A stretch of DNA of 64,000 nucleotides from Octopus vulgaris (taxonomy: Eukaryota). Positions 42,195 through 55,082 of the stretch are shown here, in pieces. The DNA is taken from assembly GCA_951406725.2 (NCBI GenBank), contig OX597832.1, positions 31,744,001 to 31,808,000 of the forward strand, read 5' to 3'. The stretch's first letter is position 1. Each line of letters opens with the position of its first letter. The position numbers and the translations under genes were made by a program. The notes under the pieces were generated by a model that saw only the letters and a program-made list of their open reading frames with translations, was not told where the DNA came from and did not search any database.

Positions 42195-42237
42195 GACACC
42201 TGATGAAGGCTGGAGGGTATATCAGCTGAAACGCGTT
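42195..42237 (+). ncRNA. Type I hammerhead ribozyme motif (canonical CUGAUGA core); sister copy at 41770-41812 on the minus strand
   Basis: GACAC-CTGATGA-A-GGCTG-GAGGGTATAT-CAGCT-GAAA-CGCGTT. The sister copy supplies the 3' strand of stem I (GTGTT) but lacks the CTG of the core. Confidence 0.75.
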
Positions 42238-43144
42238 AACAACAAACAAGATGAGGACAAATATCCGTCAAATGTAAATAAAGTAAACAACCTAAATAAT
42301 GTACATAATTCCTCACCTCTTAAATATAGAAATGCACAAAATTTTTGGAAAGTTTATTTCCTGGAAACTCAGTGACGAACAGAAGGAAGTAAAGCATTGT
42401 TAACTGCGAGGTGATGGTTGAGCTGATAACCCCCAAAAGATTATCTTAGTCTCGGTTGACCTGCGATGAAAGATGGATCTTCTGTTATGATTCAGAGACT
42501 TAAAGACAAAATAATCTATGGAAACATTCTGGCTCTCCAAGTCCCCCAAAGGGCCATACAAAAGCATGATTCCCTTTTTCTACAATAAAGGTAACATCCA
42601 CATCCACGCGGTTCCTTCTGGCCGGACGCTCAACAAGTTTTTAAGGAATTCAGGAAGAGATTTCGTCGCAAAAGGCCAGGACTCTTGCAATCGGAACCAT
42701 GGTAACTGCGGTTCACAAATCTCATCTGATAACCAACTACTCGACAGCGATGGGCCTCAAAACTGTCCTTCACCCTCCCTACAGTCCAGAAATTGCTCGC
42801 TCTGACTTTTGATCGTTCTCCAAGTTGAAGGAGGACCCCAGAGGCAGTTGTTTTGAAGACACTGAGATAGCGAAGGTTGAAACAAGTGACGCACCTTCAG
42901 TTTAAAGGCCTTCTACGTGGCCTCCACGCCGTGCCTGGAGCACTACAGCAAGTGAATTGAGGTCAGAGGATCTTACTTTGAATGAGGTTGGAGTTTGAAA
43001 CTTCTTTCAAATTAATAAATGTCTCTCCTGAAAAAGTCTCAAATCGTCTGAAATGCACATTGTACACACACACGCACAAACACACACACACACACACACA
43101 CACTCACACACAAAGACACATCATACATATATACATGCATATTG

Positions 43145-43285
43145 CTTTCTAATTTTGGCACAAGGCCAGCAATCTTGAACAGAAGAATCACGTCATTCAC
43201 ATCACTTCCAGTTCCAGACTGGTACTTTATTTATCGACCCGCAAATATTAAAAGCCAACTTAACATAGGTCATAGTTGAACTCAG
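43145..43285 (-). mobile_element. SINE family A copy (degenerate)
   Basis: TTTTGGCACAAGGCCAGCAAT...ACTGGTACTTTATTTATCGACCC...TTGAACTCAGA. Confidence 0.75.
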
Positions 43286-43742
43286 ATCTGACCGAGTCAA
43301 TCCAAATACCAGAAATCAATTATTCCGACGTTCTAATCTTTTTGCGGCCTCCACTTTATATAAATTTATTCTGTCCCCATTATTCTGAATGCTCGCTCAT
43401 CTCGTCTAACCCCTATTTTCCTCTGAATCGATCCAGTATTGCAACCCTCCTAATCCCACCCACCCCTTATCAAGTTTCTAAAATAAATGTTGGCTTCAGT
43501 CCTTACCTGTCGTACCTTTTGATCTCCAGTCCTCTTCCTACTCTGCCAGCATCCCGTTTCCTCTTCAAATAAATGTCCCAGCACGAAATGTTTGAAAAAT
43601 AACCAAACTCACATTCGCTTCACCTCCTCAAAGCGGGACACCGGCTTATTGCATTTCATGGGTATTATGTAACACACTTCTCCCATCTCTCCTCTCTTTA
43701 TATGTGTGTTTTGTGTGTAGGTATGCGTGTATATTTGTGTAT

Positions 43743-43783
<41 letters not shown>

Positions 43784-43784
43784 G

Positions 43785-43825
<41 letters not shown>

Positions 43826-43866
43826 ATATATATTTATATATATGCGTGCACGAGCGAGTGTATATG

Positions 43867-43922
<56 letters not shown>

Positions 43923-43959
43923 AACATATAGATAGATATATTACATGAATTAATGTTGC

Positions 43960-44010
<51 letters not shown>

Positions 44011-44961
44011 TATATGTACATAAATGGATACAGCTCACAGACTGACATATGCCCACACTGCCACGCATATAAACGCGCACACACATGTACACAAACACAC
44101 ACACACACCGGTTCACACACGCGCAATTAAATAACCATGGCAACGGCAGGCAACGCAACAGGATCCCGGATGTTACGAAACCTATATTCTTGCAACAAAT
44201 GCAGCGCAGCTCATACCTGCTTGCATCTACCTGCAGTTAGCTATTCGACAGCTTAATTAAGCGGATCACGTGACTTCCACCCATTGCATTTAAACGTCTT
44301 CCGTATCTACCCTCCTCCCATTCACACAAATTTCAAGAAACCATACATCGTCAGGAATTTCCTAAATTGTATTCGTCGTTTCGAGTTATTCTCCTTCCTC
44401 TTCACACCAACATTTGCACCGTTTTACTAATTAATTATTTACAACTACAATTGTGTTTCAGAATTATTGACATTTGTTTTAGAATTTACTTTTCCTATAT
44501 TCGTGTTGTGTAACATATCTGTGCTGCCTGGAGGCCTGAACCAAATCTAGCCAACTTTAATCATAGCGGCACAAGCGAGATTTTTATAAACTAGAACAGC
44601 GTAATTATTGTCATAATGTCATGACAGACGAAATCAGTTTAAGCTAGACTTACTAACATCCTGCCAGAAAATGCTGTTTTTGACCGCAGCAGAGAGAGGT
44701 TGACCAGAAGTACTCAGCCAATTTAGAAGTCTGATCAAATGGCCTGTATGCCTTTGAACATCATCCTAACTAATTAGAAATAATAGGCGCCGACCAGTTC
44801 CACACCAGGCCAAACCCTTCAAGATGTGGTGAGACAGGTTTTAACCGTTTGCCTATCCAAGGTATTTTTGTATGTTTGTCTTAAGCGTCAGTACTTGTTT
44901 TCAGGGTTTTAGCCATTCTTTCACACATCCAGAGTAATAAAAACTTTCATTTCATAGGTGC

Positions 44962-45005
<44 letters not shown>

Positions 45006-45036
45006 CCTATTTTTATTTCCCAGCCACGTGAGTAAT

Positions 45037-45221
45037 AGATCGTTAGCCACTACACAAATTATTTTCTCTCCTTGTTTTTTTTTTTTCTGTGTCCCTTTCT
45101 CTAGAAGAGCGTAAGCTCGAAACATAAAAGACTTTTTCTATTCCTGAGCGTTATACTAAAACATCTGTTTGTTTTGTACACCACCTGTCCTCGTCTTTTG
45201 TTTTTTTCGTAAACTCTCCCG
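45037..45221 (+). mobile_element. PLE-like terminal repeat, relative of the 36770 family, with decayed HHR (45095-45130)
   Basis: CTTT-CTCTAGA-A-GAGC-GTAA-GCTC-GAAA-CA-TA-AAAG, followed by CCTGAGCG...CCACCTG..CTCGTCTTTTG; ends in (TA)n. Confidence 0.75.
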
Positions 45222-45999
45222 ATATATATATATATATATATTCACATATGTCTTGTGTATCATTTGATACACAAGACAAGCAAAGGGTTACAATGGTCAA
45301 CGCATGTCCATACGAGATCGTAACATGGTATGCTACGCTATATAATGTTAAACGAAGCCTGCGATTATGCCAGAGAAATAGACAAGATAGCATCAACCAA
45401 AGCCAAAGTAGAGAACACAGTAGTGAATCCATTCAGCATCACAAGGTATGGTCACTCCCCAAACAGAACAATACAAAACCCCACCGACACAAGAGCGATC
45501 CATTTCAACACCCCACAATAAAATTTCCTCCATGCGTGGCGACTGACATGCCAAAAAAATAGACCCAACGTTTCCTGCGTGTGTCGGAAAATGGAATTAA
45601 AAGGAACTGAAGTAAAACCTCGTAAAACCGTCTCCCACAATGACCACCCAAACAGCCATGGGTTGGTAGATTGTCGCTTGAGCGGTGCAAAGGTGTCGTA
45701 TCGTCTGCCTGGATGAGGAGGAAATCACCAACAAATGATGGATGGATGTCGCGCTCTTACAGCGCTTGTCCCCTTAGAACTACCTCAATACCATAAACAA
45801 CGGAGTCCCTACAGAAACACAAACAACAATAGGGAGCCCCCCTACACATCACATAAACCTCATCTTTGCCCTAGACATGATTTTAATATCGTTTCATACC
45901 ATGTGACATTTAACAAATGGAAAGGTCATATAAGCAAGCTTTTGACGAAATCAAATTAATATAATTATTCTTAGTTTTACTTTGTCTCATCACCCTCCT

Positions 46000-46541
<542 letters not shown>

Positions 46542-46731
46542 TGTTTTTGTTGTTGTGATTCTTGTTGTTGCTCGTGTTGATGTTTTCTAATTGTTTTCGT
46601 CATTGTTATGTTTTTGAATATTTATTTCACCATAATGGTAAACATTATGACTTGTCTACGTCTCTCTAACAGTCTCAGACATTAGAGTATTATGTATTAA
46701 CTGTTTACTGTTAGCTACGTATGAGCTGTGT

Positions 46732-46792
<61 letters not shown>

Positions 46793-47671
46793 GTTTATTT
46801 GTTATGTGTGTGTTCATGTGGTTTTGTGCTTATGTGATTATACGGTCGTCTGCCTGTATACTTATGCGATGAAGAGGTTGTGTCGTTGTGTTCTTGTTTA
46901 GCTCTGTGTTCATGGCGATGCGCATAGCTTCAACTATTTCCATATACTCTGGATGTAGACATTTATACGTCTACCGCCGCCATCATTGACAATACCACGA
47001 CCAACACCAACACCAACACCAATACCACCATTACCAGACACACTCTCATACCGAAACGAAGTATGTAAATTGTATAATGTAGCCTCTAATATATAAACAC
47101 AGTGAGGTGGTTATGGTGGCTTCACTATACATCACATGAGCACCGATTTCCTGAATCAGCTAATTTCGAGCTGAAAAGTTACAGCCACATATCTTCGAAT
47201 ATATATAACCGTAATAATACTACACACACACACACACACACACATACACATACACACACACACACATATATATATGTATATGCGTATATATATGTATATA
47301 TATAAATATATATATATATGTATATATATATACTTATATATATATGTATATATACTTTTATATATATATATAATGGAGGAGATACAAAAATGACACACGT
47401 CAGTCGGTAAATATTCTACTATGTCTATTTATTTATTTATTAGAATATCCATCGACTGATGTATGTTATTTTTGTATCCCATCCATTTTCTTCTTTGCCG
47501 TATAATTTAAAGGTAAAGCACTTTTTACCCCCGCCCATATGTGACTCTCAGTTGCGAAATTGCCCAGCAATAACCAGCACTTGGGTATTAATAACTGGGT
47601 ACGCTACCAGCAGTATATTGGATAGGTACTATCCCATAGTTGATTGGCTTCCCAACCTCTAACTCTCACAG

Positions 47672-47704
<33 letters not shown>

Positions 47705-47709
<5 letters not shown>

Positions 47710-48162
47710 GTTATCGCCATACTAATATGGCATTCTTATAAAAATAATACATCCACTTGTTTTCAATAATAGAGAACACGGCAGCGTTCCCGGAAAATAA
47801 TAGTTATCGCCATACTAATATGGCATTCTTATAAAAATAAGAATAAAGCTGACCGCTTATTAGCTCCATGAGGCCATCGCCTTAAGTTAGCTATTTGATA
47901 CACAAACTGTATCCATATAACCTTCGAACAAGGGAGGTCAGTCGCTCCACACTACTTGACCGACAGCTACAGACGCGTTTCGGGGTATTGCCCCTTTTCA
48001 ATGTAGCGTAGTCAGACCAGTAGGTGTCGCTTCTGACAATCTCTGTTCGAAGATTTTATTTACCTAGTTTCGGTGGAATACATCCACTTGTTTTCAATAA
48101 TAGAAATATTAAAATTACTAAGTCTCTCTAAAAGAGAACACGGCAGCGTTCCCGGAAAATAA
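47705..48162 (-). mobile_element. Partially tandem ~365-bp HHR-containing unit (retrozyme-like or PLE terminal repeat)
   Basis: TAATAGTTATCGCCATACTAATATGGCATTCTTATAAAATAA occurs at 47705 and 47798; TACATCCACTTGTTTTCAATAATAG...AGAACACGGCAGCGTTCCCGGAAAATAA occurs at 47747 and 48079; abuts (TA)n. Confidence 0.8.
47966..48007 (-). ncRNA. Type I hammerhead ribozyme with U3:A8 core variant
   Basis: GCTACA-TTGAAAA-GGGG-CAATA-CCCC-GAAA-CGCG-TC-TGTAGC: perfect 6-bp stem I, 4-bp stem II, palindromic stem III ACGCGT, GUC site. Confidence 0.85.
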
Positions 48163-48203
48163 TAACAAGGGCCATACATACTGAGGGGTATATATATATA
48201 TAT

Positions 48204-48240
<37 letters not shown>

Positions 48241-48369
48241 AACACACATATATATACCCCTCAGTATGTATGGCCCTTGTTATAAGGTATACGGCTGCAG
48301 GTAATTCAAAAGGTAAATCGTAGTTTAATATATATACAGATGATCAGAAAATGGGGGAAAAACAACAAA

Positions 48370-49130
48370 TAGAAGTTTATCTTTTGTGCTAAAAAGCCAG
48401 AAAATCATGCTGCCACTCTGCCAGTTTCCCCGTAATACCAAGGTTTCGCAGCTTGTGACATATCATGCCATGATCAACATTGTTGAAGTCCTTGGCAAAG
48501 TCGAGGTATATCACATCTACAGCTGACTGTGTTTGTGAGAATGTTATTTTTTGTTTTTTCTAGGAACGTGATCAGCCTTTTTCTAACAATGCGTTCCATT
48601 GTCTTGCTAAATTGTGAGGTCAGAGAGATGGGCCTGTAGTTTTTAGCATCTGCTCTGCTCTTTCCTTTATGGACAGGGCATATTATACCATCTTTTAACA
48701 TGTTGGGAAATGTATCACGTGCAAGGAAACCCTAAAAGAGTATCAGTAGTGGCTTCGCTAGAACCTTTTTACATGTCTTTAAGAGAACAGCCGGGGATAA
48801 ATCTGTGCCTGTTGCTGTATTCGATCTCATCTCATGAATGGCCGATATTTCATCCTTTGAGTTTATTTTCTATTTCGGAGAGTTCCTCTGTCAGGTGGGA
48901 TTTAACACTGTCATTGAGGTGTTAGTTTAACCAATTCGAGATCTTTATTCTCCGCCGGATGAATGTCTCGTGGAATGATGTTTTTGTGTGTATTGGCTCT
49001 CTTCTCTGGGACATATTTAATGCATATGGCTCGCATTATTGACATGAATTTATTGAGTTTCATATCTATGTCTTGCATAGAGAGGCTTTTAGTCCAGTCC
49101 TGTTGAAGTATTTGTTTTTCAATTGACTTC
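48370..49130 (-). pseudogene. CR1/L2-group LINE RT fragments
   Basis: LKDGIICPVHKGKSRADAKNYRPISLTSQFSKTMERIV and, in another frame, VDVIYLDFAKDFNNVDHGMICHKLRNLGITGKLAEW. Confidence 0.85.
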
Positions 49131-49154
49131 CAGTCAGCCTTATAGAAAAAACTA

Positions 49155-49302
49155 TGGGCTTCTTTCAGTTTCCGTCAACCAAATCTACCCACGAGGCTAT
49201 TGCCGCCTCGAGGCTACAGTAGGAGGCACTTGTCCAAGGTGCCACAGAGTGGAACTGAAACCGGAACAGTGTGACATACTTTTTACCATACAACCACACC
49301 CG
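49155..49302 (-). mobile_element. SINE family B copy (5' part)
   Basis: GGGCTTCTTTCAGTTTCCGTC.ACCAAATC...ACTTGTCCAAGGTGCCAC...TTTTACCATACAACCAC. Confidence 0.8.
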
Positions 49303-49612
49303 CAATTACAACAATTATGAAACTTCTTTTTGTTTTTACTGTTTTACAATTTTTACTGTTTTTTTGATAGCTTTGATCAGATAAATTGCATTTCAAGTAA
49401 TTATTTATATGTTTTTCTTTTAATTTACATTCTTTGCATAATTTAAATTAACGAAGCCGAGTGAGACTAAATATTTACACTTATGTTAAAAAAGAAATTG
49501 CAATGATTCACTTTTCAGTAAAGGATTTTGATTTGCTTAGAGTAAAGTAGTTTTTTTTAACTGTTCTTAATAATCCACGCAATATAGGGTTAAAAACAAA
49601 CAAACAAACGCA

Positions 49613-49927
49613 ATGGACAAGTGTCTTCTACTTGTGAGTAGATTTAGTTGATGGAAACTGAAAGAATCCCGTCATATATACATTCATATAGATCTATGTA
49701 TGTTTGTCATTGTATTTGTGTCCGTCCTCCACCATCGCTTGACAACCAGTGTTGGTTTGTTTACGTTCATATACCTTAGCGGTTCGGTAAAAGCAACCGA
49801 TAGAATAAATACCAGACTTAAAAAAAAAAACGGCAAAGGGATTGATTCTTTCGAATAAAATCGAAGAAACTCTTCCAGGCGGTGCTCCAGCATTGCCGCA
49901 GTCTGATGATGGAAACAAGTAAAAGAG
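49613..49927 (+). mobile_element. SINE family B copy (body and 3' part)
   Basis: GGACAAGTGTCTTCTAC...GGAAACTGAAAGAA...CCACCATCGCTTGACAACC...TTAGCGGTTCGG...GGCGGTGCTCCAGCAT.GCCGCAGT...GAAACAAGTAAAAGA. Confidence 0.85.
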
Positions 49928-50111
49928 AAAACATAAGACCACCTCAGGAATTTCGTGACGTTTTGCAGTTCGAAGTTTCAGTGTTCGATCGGGAAAGTGG
50001 AGACTCTTCTGCTGTACTTTATTGTACTTCTAACATTGTTGTTCAACCAATGGTGATCGTAGTCCAGCCACGACCAACCCATCTAACATTCAGACATATT
50101 GCATACATTTT

Positions 50112-50325
50112 TGATCTTTTGTTTCAATCGTTAAACTGCGGCCATGCTGGGGCACCGCCTTGAAGAATTTTAGTCGAACGAATCGAGAACAGAACTTACT
50201 TATTTCAAGCCTGGTACTTATTCTATCAGTTTCTAGTTTGGCGAATCGCTAAGTTACGAGGACGTAAACACATTAATATCGGTTGTCAAGTAGTAGTGGG
50301 GAAGAAGCACAAATACTAAGACAAG
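50112..50325 (-). mobile_element. SINE family B copy (3' part), inverted relative to 49613-49927
   Basis: ACTGCGGCCATGCTGGGGCACCGCC...GCCTGGTACTTATTCTATC...CGCTAAGTTACG.GGACGTAAAC...CGGTTGTCAAG. Confidence 0.85.
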
Positions 50326-50355
50326 CCTCATGTATATATATACACACATACATAG

Positions 50356-50386
<31 letters not shown>

Positions 50387-50676
50387 CGTACATGTATATA
50401 TATACACATATATACACACACATACATATATTCGTACATACATATATATATATATATATATATACATATATATGCACACACACATATATATGCGTGCATA
50501 CACACACACACACACACACACACATATGAATGAGAAGGCAAAAGAAAGAAAGGACACCCAACAAATTTATTGGGAATTACATGTATTATTCAAAAGAGTT
50601 TAATTCGGATTCTGTGCTATTTTAAGTTTCAAAGCCTCTATTGGAGCCTATCTACTCAGGTTAGTGAGAATGTATT

Positions 50677-50744
<68 letters not shown>

Positions 50745-51392
50745 TTTAACCAATACCATTTTCCTCCTCCTAACATAGTTACCTACTCTCTTCTCTCCAC
50801 TTCCTCCTACCAGTATATTCTCAAAATTTCATTTGCACTACAAGATCCCCTTGGATACACAGCACACGGAATTAATGTCAGAACATTATCCATTTATAAT
50901 AAAAGAAATTGAAACTCCTACAGGAATTTACAGACCATGGACAAGAAGCCTCTCTACGCATTCTACACAGCACCTTCCATGGATAATGGAACTGCAACTG
51001 TAACATCCAACGTATATTTTAATTCTCATATTTCCTTTTATATTTCCTATATTTCTCCCTTCCCAAAATAACTTCTTATATTGAACTCTACTATTACCTT
51101 CTGTTTGACTCTATCATATCGTCTTTGATAATGGGATATTCTTTATATCCCTGAAACAGCTGTAAGACTACCTTTCTCTTTATAAATGTCCTAGAAATTT
51201 CACACTGCCTTGGCTTTATCTCATTGTATTCAACATAAACGCGCTCACACATGACGTGCATTAGATTCTTCACCCATACTATCATCGAATCGGAAGTCTA
51301 ACAGCAATCCTTCCGTAGCACTTACATAACTTTGCTTTCCTTTTGGGTCATCTGGATAACAAAACCTCTCATATATATATATATATATTCAT

Positions 51393-51520
51393 CGGACTTC
51401 TTTCAGCTTTCGTCTACCAAATTCACTCAAGACTTTGGTCTATGCGAGTTTATAGTAGATGGTAATTCTGGAGGTGCCACGCAGTGGGACTGGACCCTAA
51501 ATCCTGTGGGTGGTAAACAA
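51393..51520 (-). mobile_element. SINE family B copy (degenerate)
   Basis: GGACTTCTTTCAGCTTTCGTCTACCAAATTCACTCAAG...GGTGCCACGCAGTGGGACTG. Confidence 0.7.
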
Positions 51521-51888
51521 ACATATCACTGCAAAGCCTTCTTTGCGCTTAGCCTCTTCGGCAAGATGTACTACAAGAAGAGATTCTCCTTCGCTGATGT
51601 TTGCTCTTAACATTGCTATTATTGTTGATTTTAGAACTGGTCAACTTCTTCTGGTAGACTTATTATGATACGCGTTCCCACCACCGTCTCAATAAATAAA
51701 TCATTTATTTATGCAACTAAATAGTCAAACGTTACCTCCCCTTTTCAGCCTTTTGCCTGTCTTGTGTATCATGTGATACGGAAAACATGTTTCTTCATCG
51801 TCCTTCCATCATATATGACACACGAAGCCGATATTTTCGACTTCCAGAGTAACTTGGGACTTATGACAGAAAAGATTTTTATTAACTA

Positions 51889-52402
51889 CTAGCAGTATCG
51901 CCCGGCGTTGCTCGGGTTTGTAAGGGAAATAACTATATAAGCATTTTTAGAGAGTTACTTCCCTTATATATGCCAATTCGGGCTTTCTTAGCCATTTCTG
52001 TTTTGGTGTCTTCAAGCCATGAAGTCGTTGTTCTAAAAGAACGCTGGTCTCCTTGACAACGCTTTACGACGTTGATTTCCTTACACTCCCTTCCCCACAG
52101 CTTCACGAGGGAGGGAAGAAGGGGAGAAGCAAACAGGTGCAGGTGTGACCATGGACGCCAACTCCGCCGCCATCGACACACGAAAAATTATGCATTAAAA
52201 TGGAATAAAAAATGATGTTAAATTATTTTTTAAATCGTAGACTCATCGTAGATGCGCGCTAATACTCAGACGGGCTCGATATGAATCACGACTATAAGAT
52301 ACCCGAATTTGGTTAAACTGCACGGCAAAATGTGGGAGTAGTTAGGAATCTAAATCGAAGGGGACAGACACTCACACAACTACAGTTTTATATATATATA
52401 GA
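51889..52402 (-). mobile_element. Non-autonomous Helitron with both termini intact
   Basis: Minus strand starts A|TCTATATATATATAAAAC and ends CCCG-AGCAACGC-CGGG hairpin, CGATACTG, CTAG|T; this is the classical A-TC...CTAG-T insertion. Confidence 0.9.
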
Positions 52403-52943
52403 TGAGCGAATTGTGCAAAAGCATACAAAACGTCTAGAAACAAGCAAGGAAGTTCAAGACAAACTTTTGGCAATGTCTTGGACAGGTAGAGGAATAAATC
52501 TTTGTCAGACTTGCTTGATGTACTTTGAAAGCGATTTTGGTTGATATTTCTAGTACGAAGCTTGGGTGATCGTCTCAGAATGTCCTTCACATAAATACGT
52601 GGAGTGAATTTCAAATATACTTCAAATACGTAGACTGGATTTCAAATCAATTTAATTATATATTGCTTTCAGAATAGTACTCGACCACAAACGCTGAGTG
52701 CAGAGTCGATCTAACGGTCATCAGCCGGCCATGTTAACCACGCAGCCACTTTAAATAGTTTCTATTAACTAAACATAAGTGAATTACCCACAATGCATCA
52801 ATGGAATCATTTTGTGGAAATATCGTACAAAGGAATCGCTTCATTTTGGCTTTACTTTTTCTTTTGGTATTTTCTTCCTCGTCTAATTGAAAGTTCTGTT
52901 ACCGTTGTGTTGAAGACTGTTATGTCAATGAACGAGAGAGAGA

Positions 52944-52978
<35 letters not shown>

Positions 52979-53315
52979 GAGAAAGGGTGGGTAGAGGAAA
53001 GGAGAGGGAGTGATGCGGGAAGGAGGGGCAAAAGAAAACAAAAAAGAAAGGAAGACAGAAAGAATGAAGGAAGGGAAGAAAGAAAAGAAGGAAAGTGATA
53101 GAATGGAAATGAAAGAGTTTGGCGAATATACTGGAATAACTGAAATATTTTCGGTATTCTCGTCGCAATCTTCGAAAGAAGGAAGAATTAATTTTATCCT
53201 GAATGATGATAATAATGATAGTAGCAGCAGTAGTAATAGTTGTTGATGGTGTTGTTGTTGTTGCTGATGTGGAAGTAGTAATGATAATAATAATGGTGCT
53301 AATGATAATGATGAT

Positions 53316-53365
<50 letters not shown>

Positions 53366-53384
53366 TAATAATAACAACAACAAC

Positions 53385-53455
<71 letters not shown>

Positions 53456-53932
53456 TGATGATGATCATAACAACAATAACAATGATGATGATAATAATAA
53501 TCGAAACCTTTTGAATGAAAACAGTAATATCGATTTATGAACCATTCTTCTCACAGACAAAAGAAGTCCATTGGCAGATGTTTATTGGAATGGACGAACG
53601 AACGATGCTGACGAACACGTGTTCTATCATTGAGATGGTAGAGAGAGAGAGGGGGAGAGGGAGAGAGAGGGAGAGAGAGGGAGAGAGAGAGAGGAAGAGA
53701 GGGGAGTGAGAGGGAGAGAAGAGATAAAAATGATTAATTCTTGTATACAATACAACATACACAAACACTAACACACACGCATATACAGGTAGAGACACGC
53801 ACGGACACACACCCACACACCCACACAGCGCACGTATGGAACCATCTGACAGACATATATATGTATATATATACACATACTCATAACTCACATATAGACC
53901 TATATGACATGCAGATACACACACACACACAG

Positions 53933-54050
<118 letters not shown>

Positions 54051-54144
54051 TTATCCATATAATATGAGTTGATTAGTGACATAAAGAAAGCAGGAAAGCG
54101 AAAGAATCGTTGGCGGCAGTTTGATGATCGGCCAACGGCTACAC

Positions 54145-54200
54145 CAGCCCCTCTTCAGCCCCTCATCAGCCCCTCATCAGTCCCTCATCAGCCCCTCAAC
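54145..54200. repeat. 11-bp tandem repeat (CAGCCCCTCAT) x5
   Basis: Direct reading. Confidence 0.9.
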
Positions 54201-55082
54201 AACCATCAACCAATATACACTTGACGGATTTCCTTCGTTTCTATTTATCGATTACCTTTGACATCGTAAAAGGCTGAATTTCATTTTGTATGCAAAAATA
54301 GGAATGAGAATAATGGATTTATATTATGATTAATATAAATTGGTTTCTAAGAACGGTCGGTTCTCCGGACAAGAATGCGATTTGAACCATTAATATACAC
54401 TTCATTTCCCATCACAGTAACGTAGAAGACGTTTACAAAATTTAGAAGAGGGAATATTTCCGGTTTATGGGTCAGCAAGAGGACGCCTCAAGGTAATCTG
54501 TTGTCTTGCTAGAAATAGAACAGAAATCTCCTTCAACGCACATACATTATCGACTTAGCGTTTAGTCTGTGGGGAAGGTAATACCCATGATTCTTTGCAG
54601 AGAGACCGTCTGTGATTGGTAGGTGGGAGAGATGAAGATACTCTGGAATCAGACTTCTATTCTGAAAAATTCTGAAATAGTGAACTTTACTTAAATTTTG
54701 CGAGGTGTTAAACCGAGCGAAAGTTGTAAGTCTAACACCAAAATAGGCCACGGCTGGATTTGAACTCAGAATGCAAGGATCTGGAAGAATTCCTGAAAGG
54801 TGTATCATATCCGCCCTATCCAAGCCACCAATAAACCACGACTCTGGATCGGTACTTTTTAAATCGATTCTGAAGAGATAAAACGACATATTGACGTCGG
54901 TGGGGTTTGAACTTAGAGTACAGTGAGGACAGAACAAATACCACGAAGGAAGTTTGTATGTCGCTTCGCCATCTTGAACTAGGAAGCCTGCATTTACAAA
55001 TCGATGAAAGGGTCATGAATGGAATGCTTTACATATCGCATCACACTTGCTCTATAGACTAAGCAACAATAACAATAAAAAT

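Larger units (their letters stand above)
41710..42331 (-). mobile_element. tRNA-headed, hammerhead-bearing retroposon with inverted second tail and 12-bp TSD
   Basis: TSD ATGCACAAAATT at 41698-41709 and 42332-42343. Minus strand: tRNA-like head 42134-42071, (AAT)n/(AAC)n spacer, tail 41860-41710. An inverted tail copy lies at 42135-42331. Confidence 0.88.
41473..43062 (+). mobile_element. Decayed mariner transposon (second family), interrupted by insertion 41710-42331
   Basis: Residual peptides HKRFENSREKVKDNGR, RVIQEDLNMHK|(I)FGKFISWKLSDEQK across the insertion, ERWIFCYDSET and HPPYSPEIARSDF; TIR-like end AAAAAGTCTC...GCACATTG followed by TA. Confidence 0.8.
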
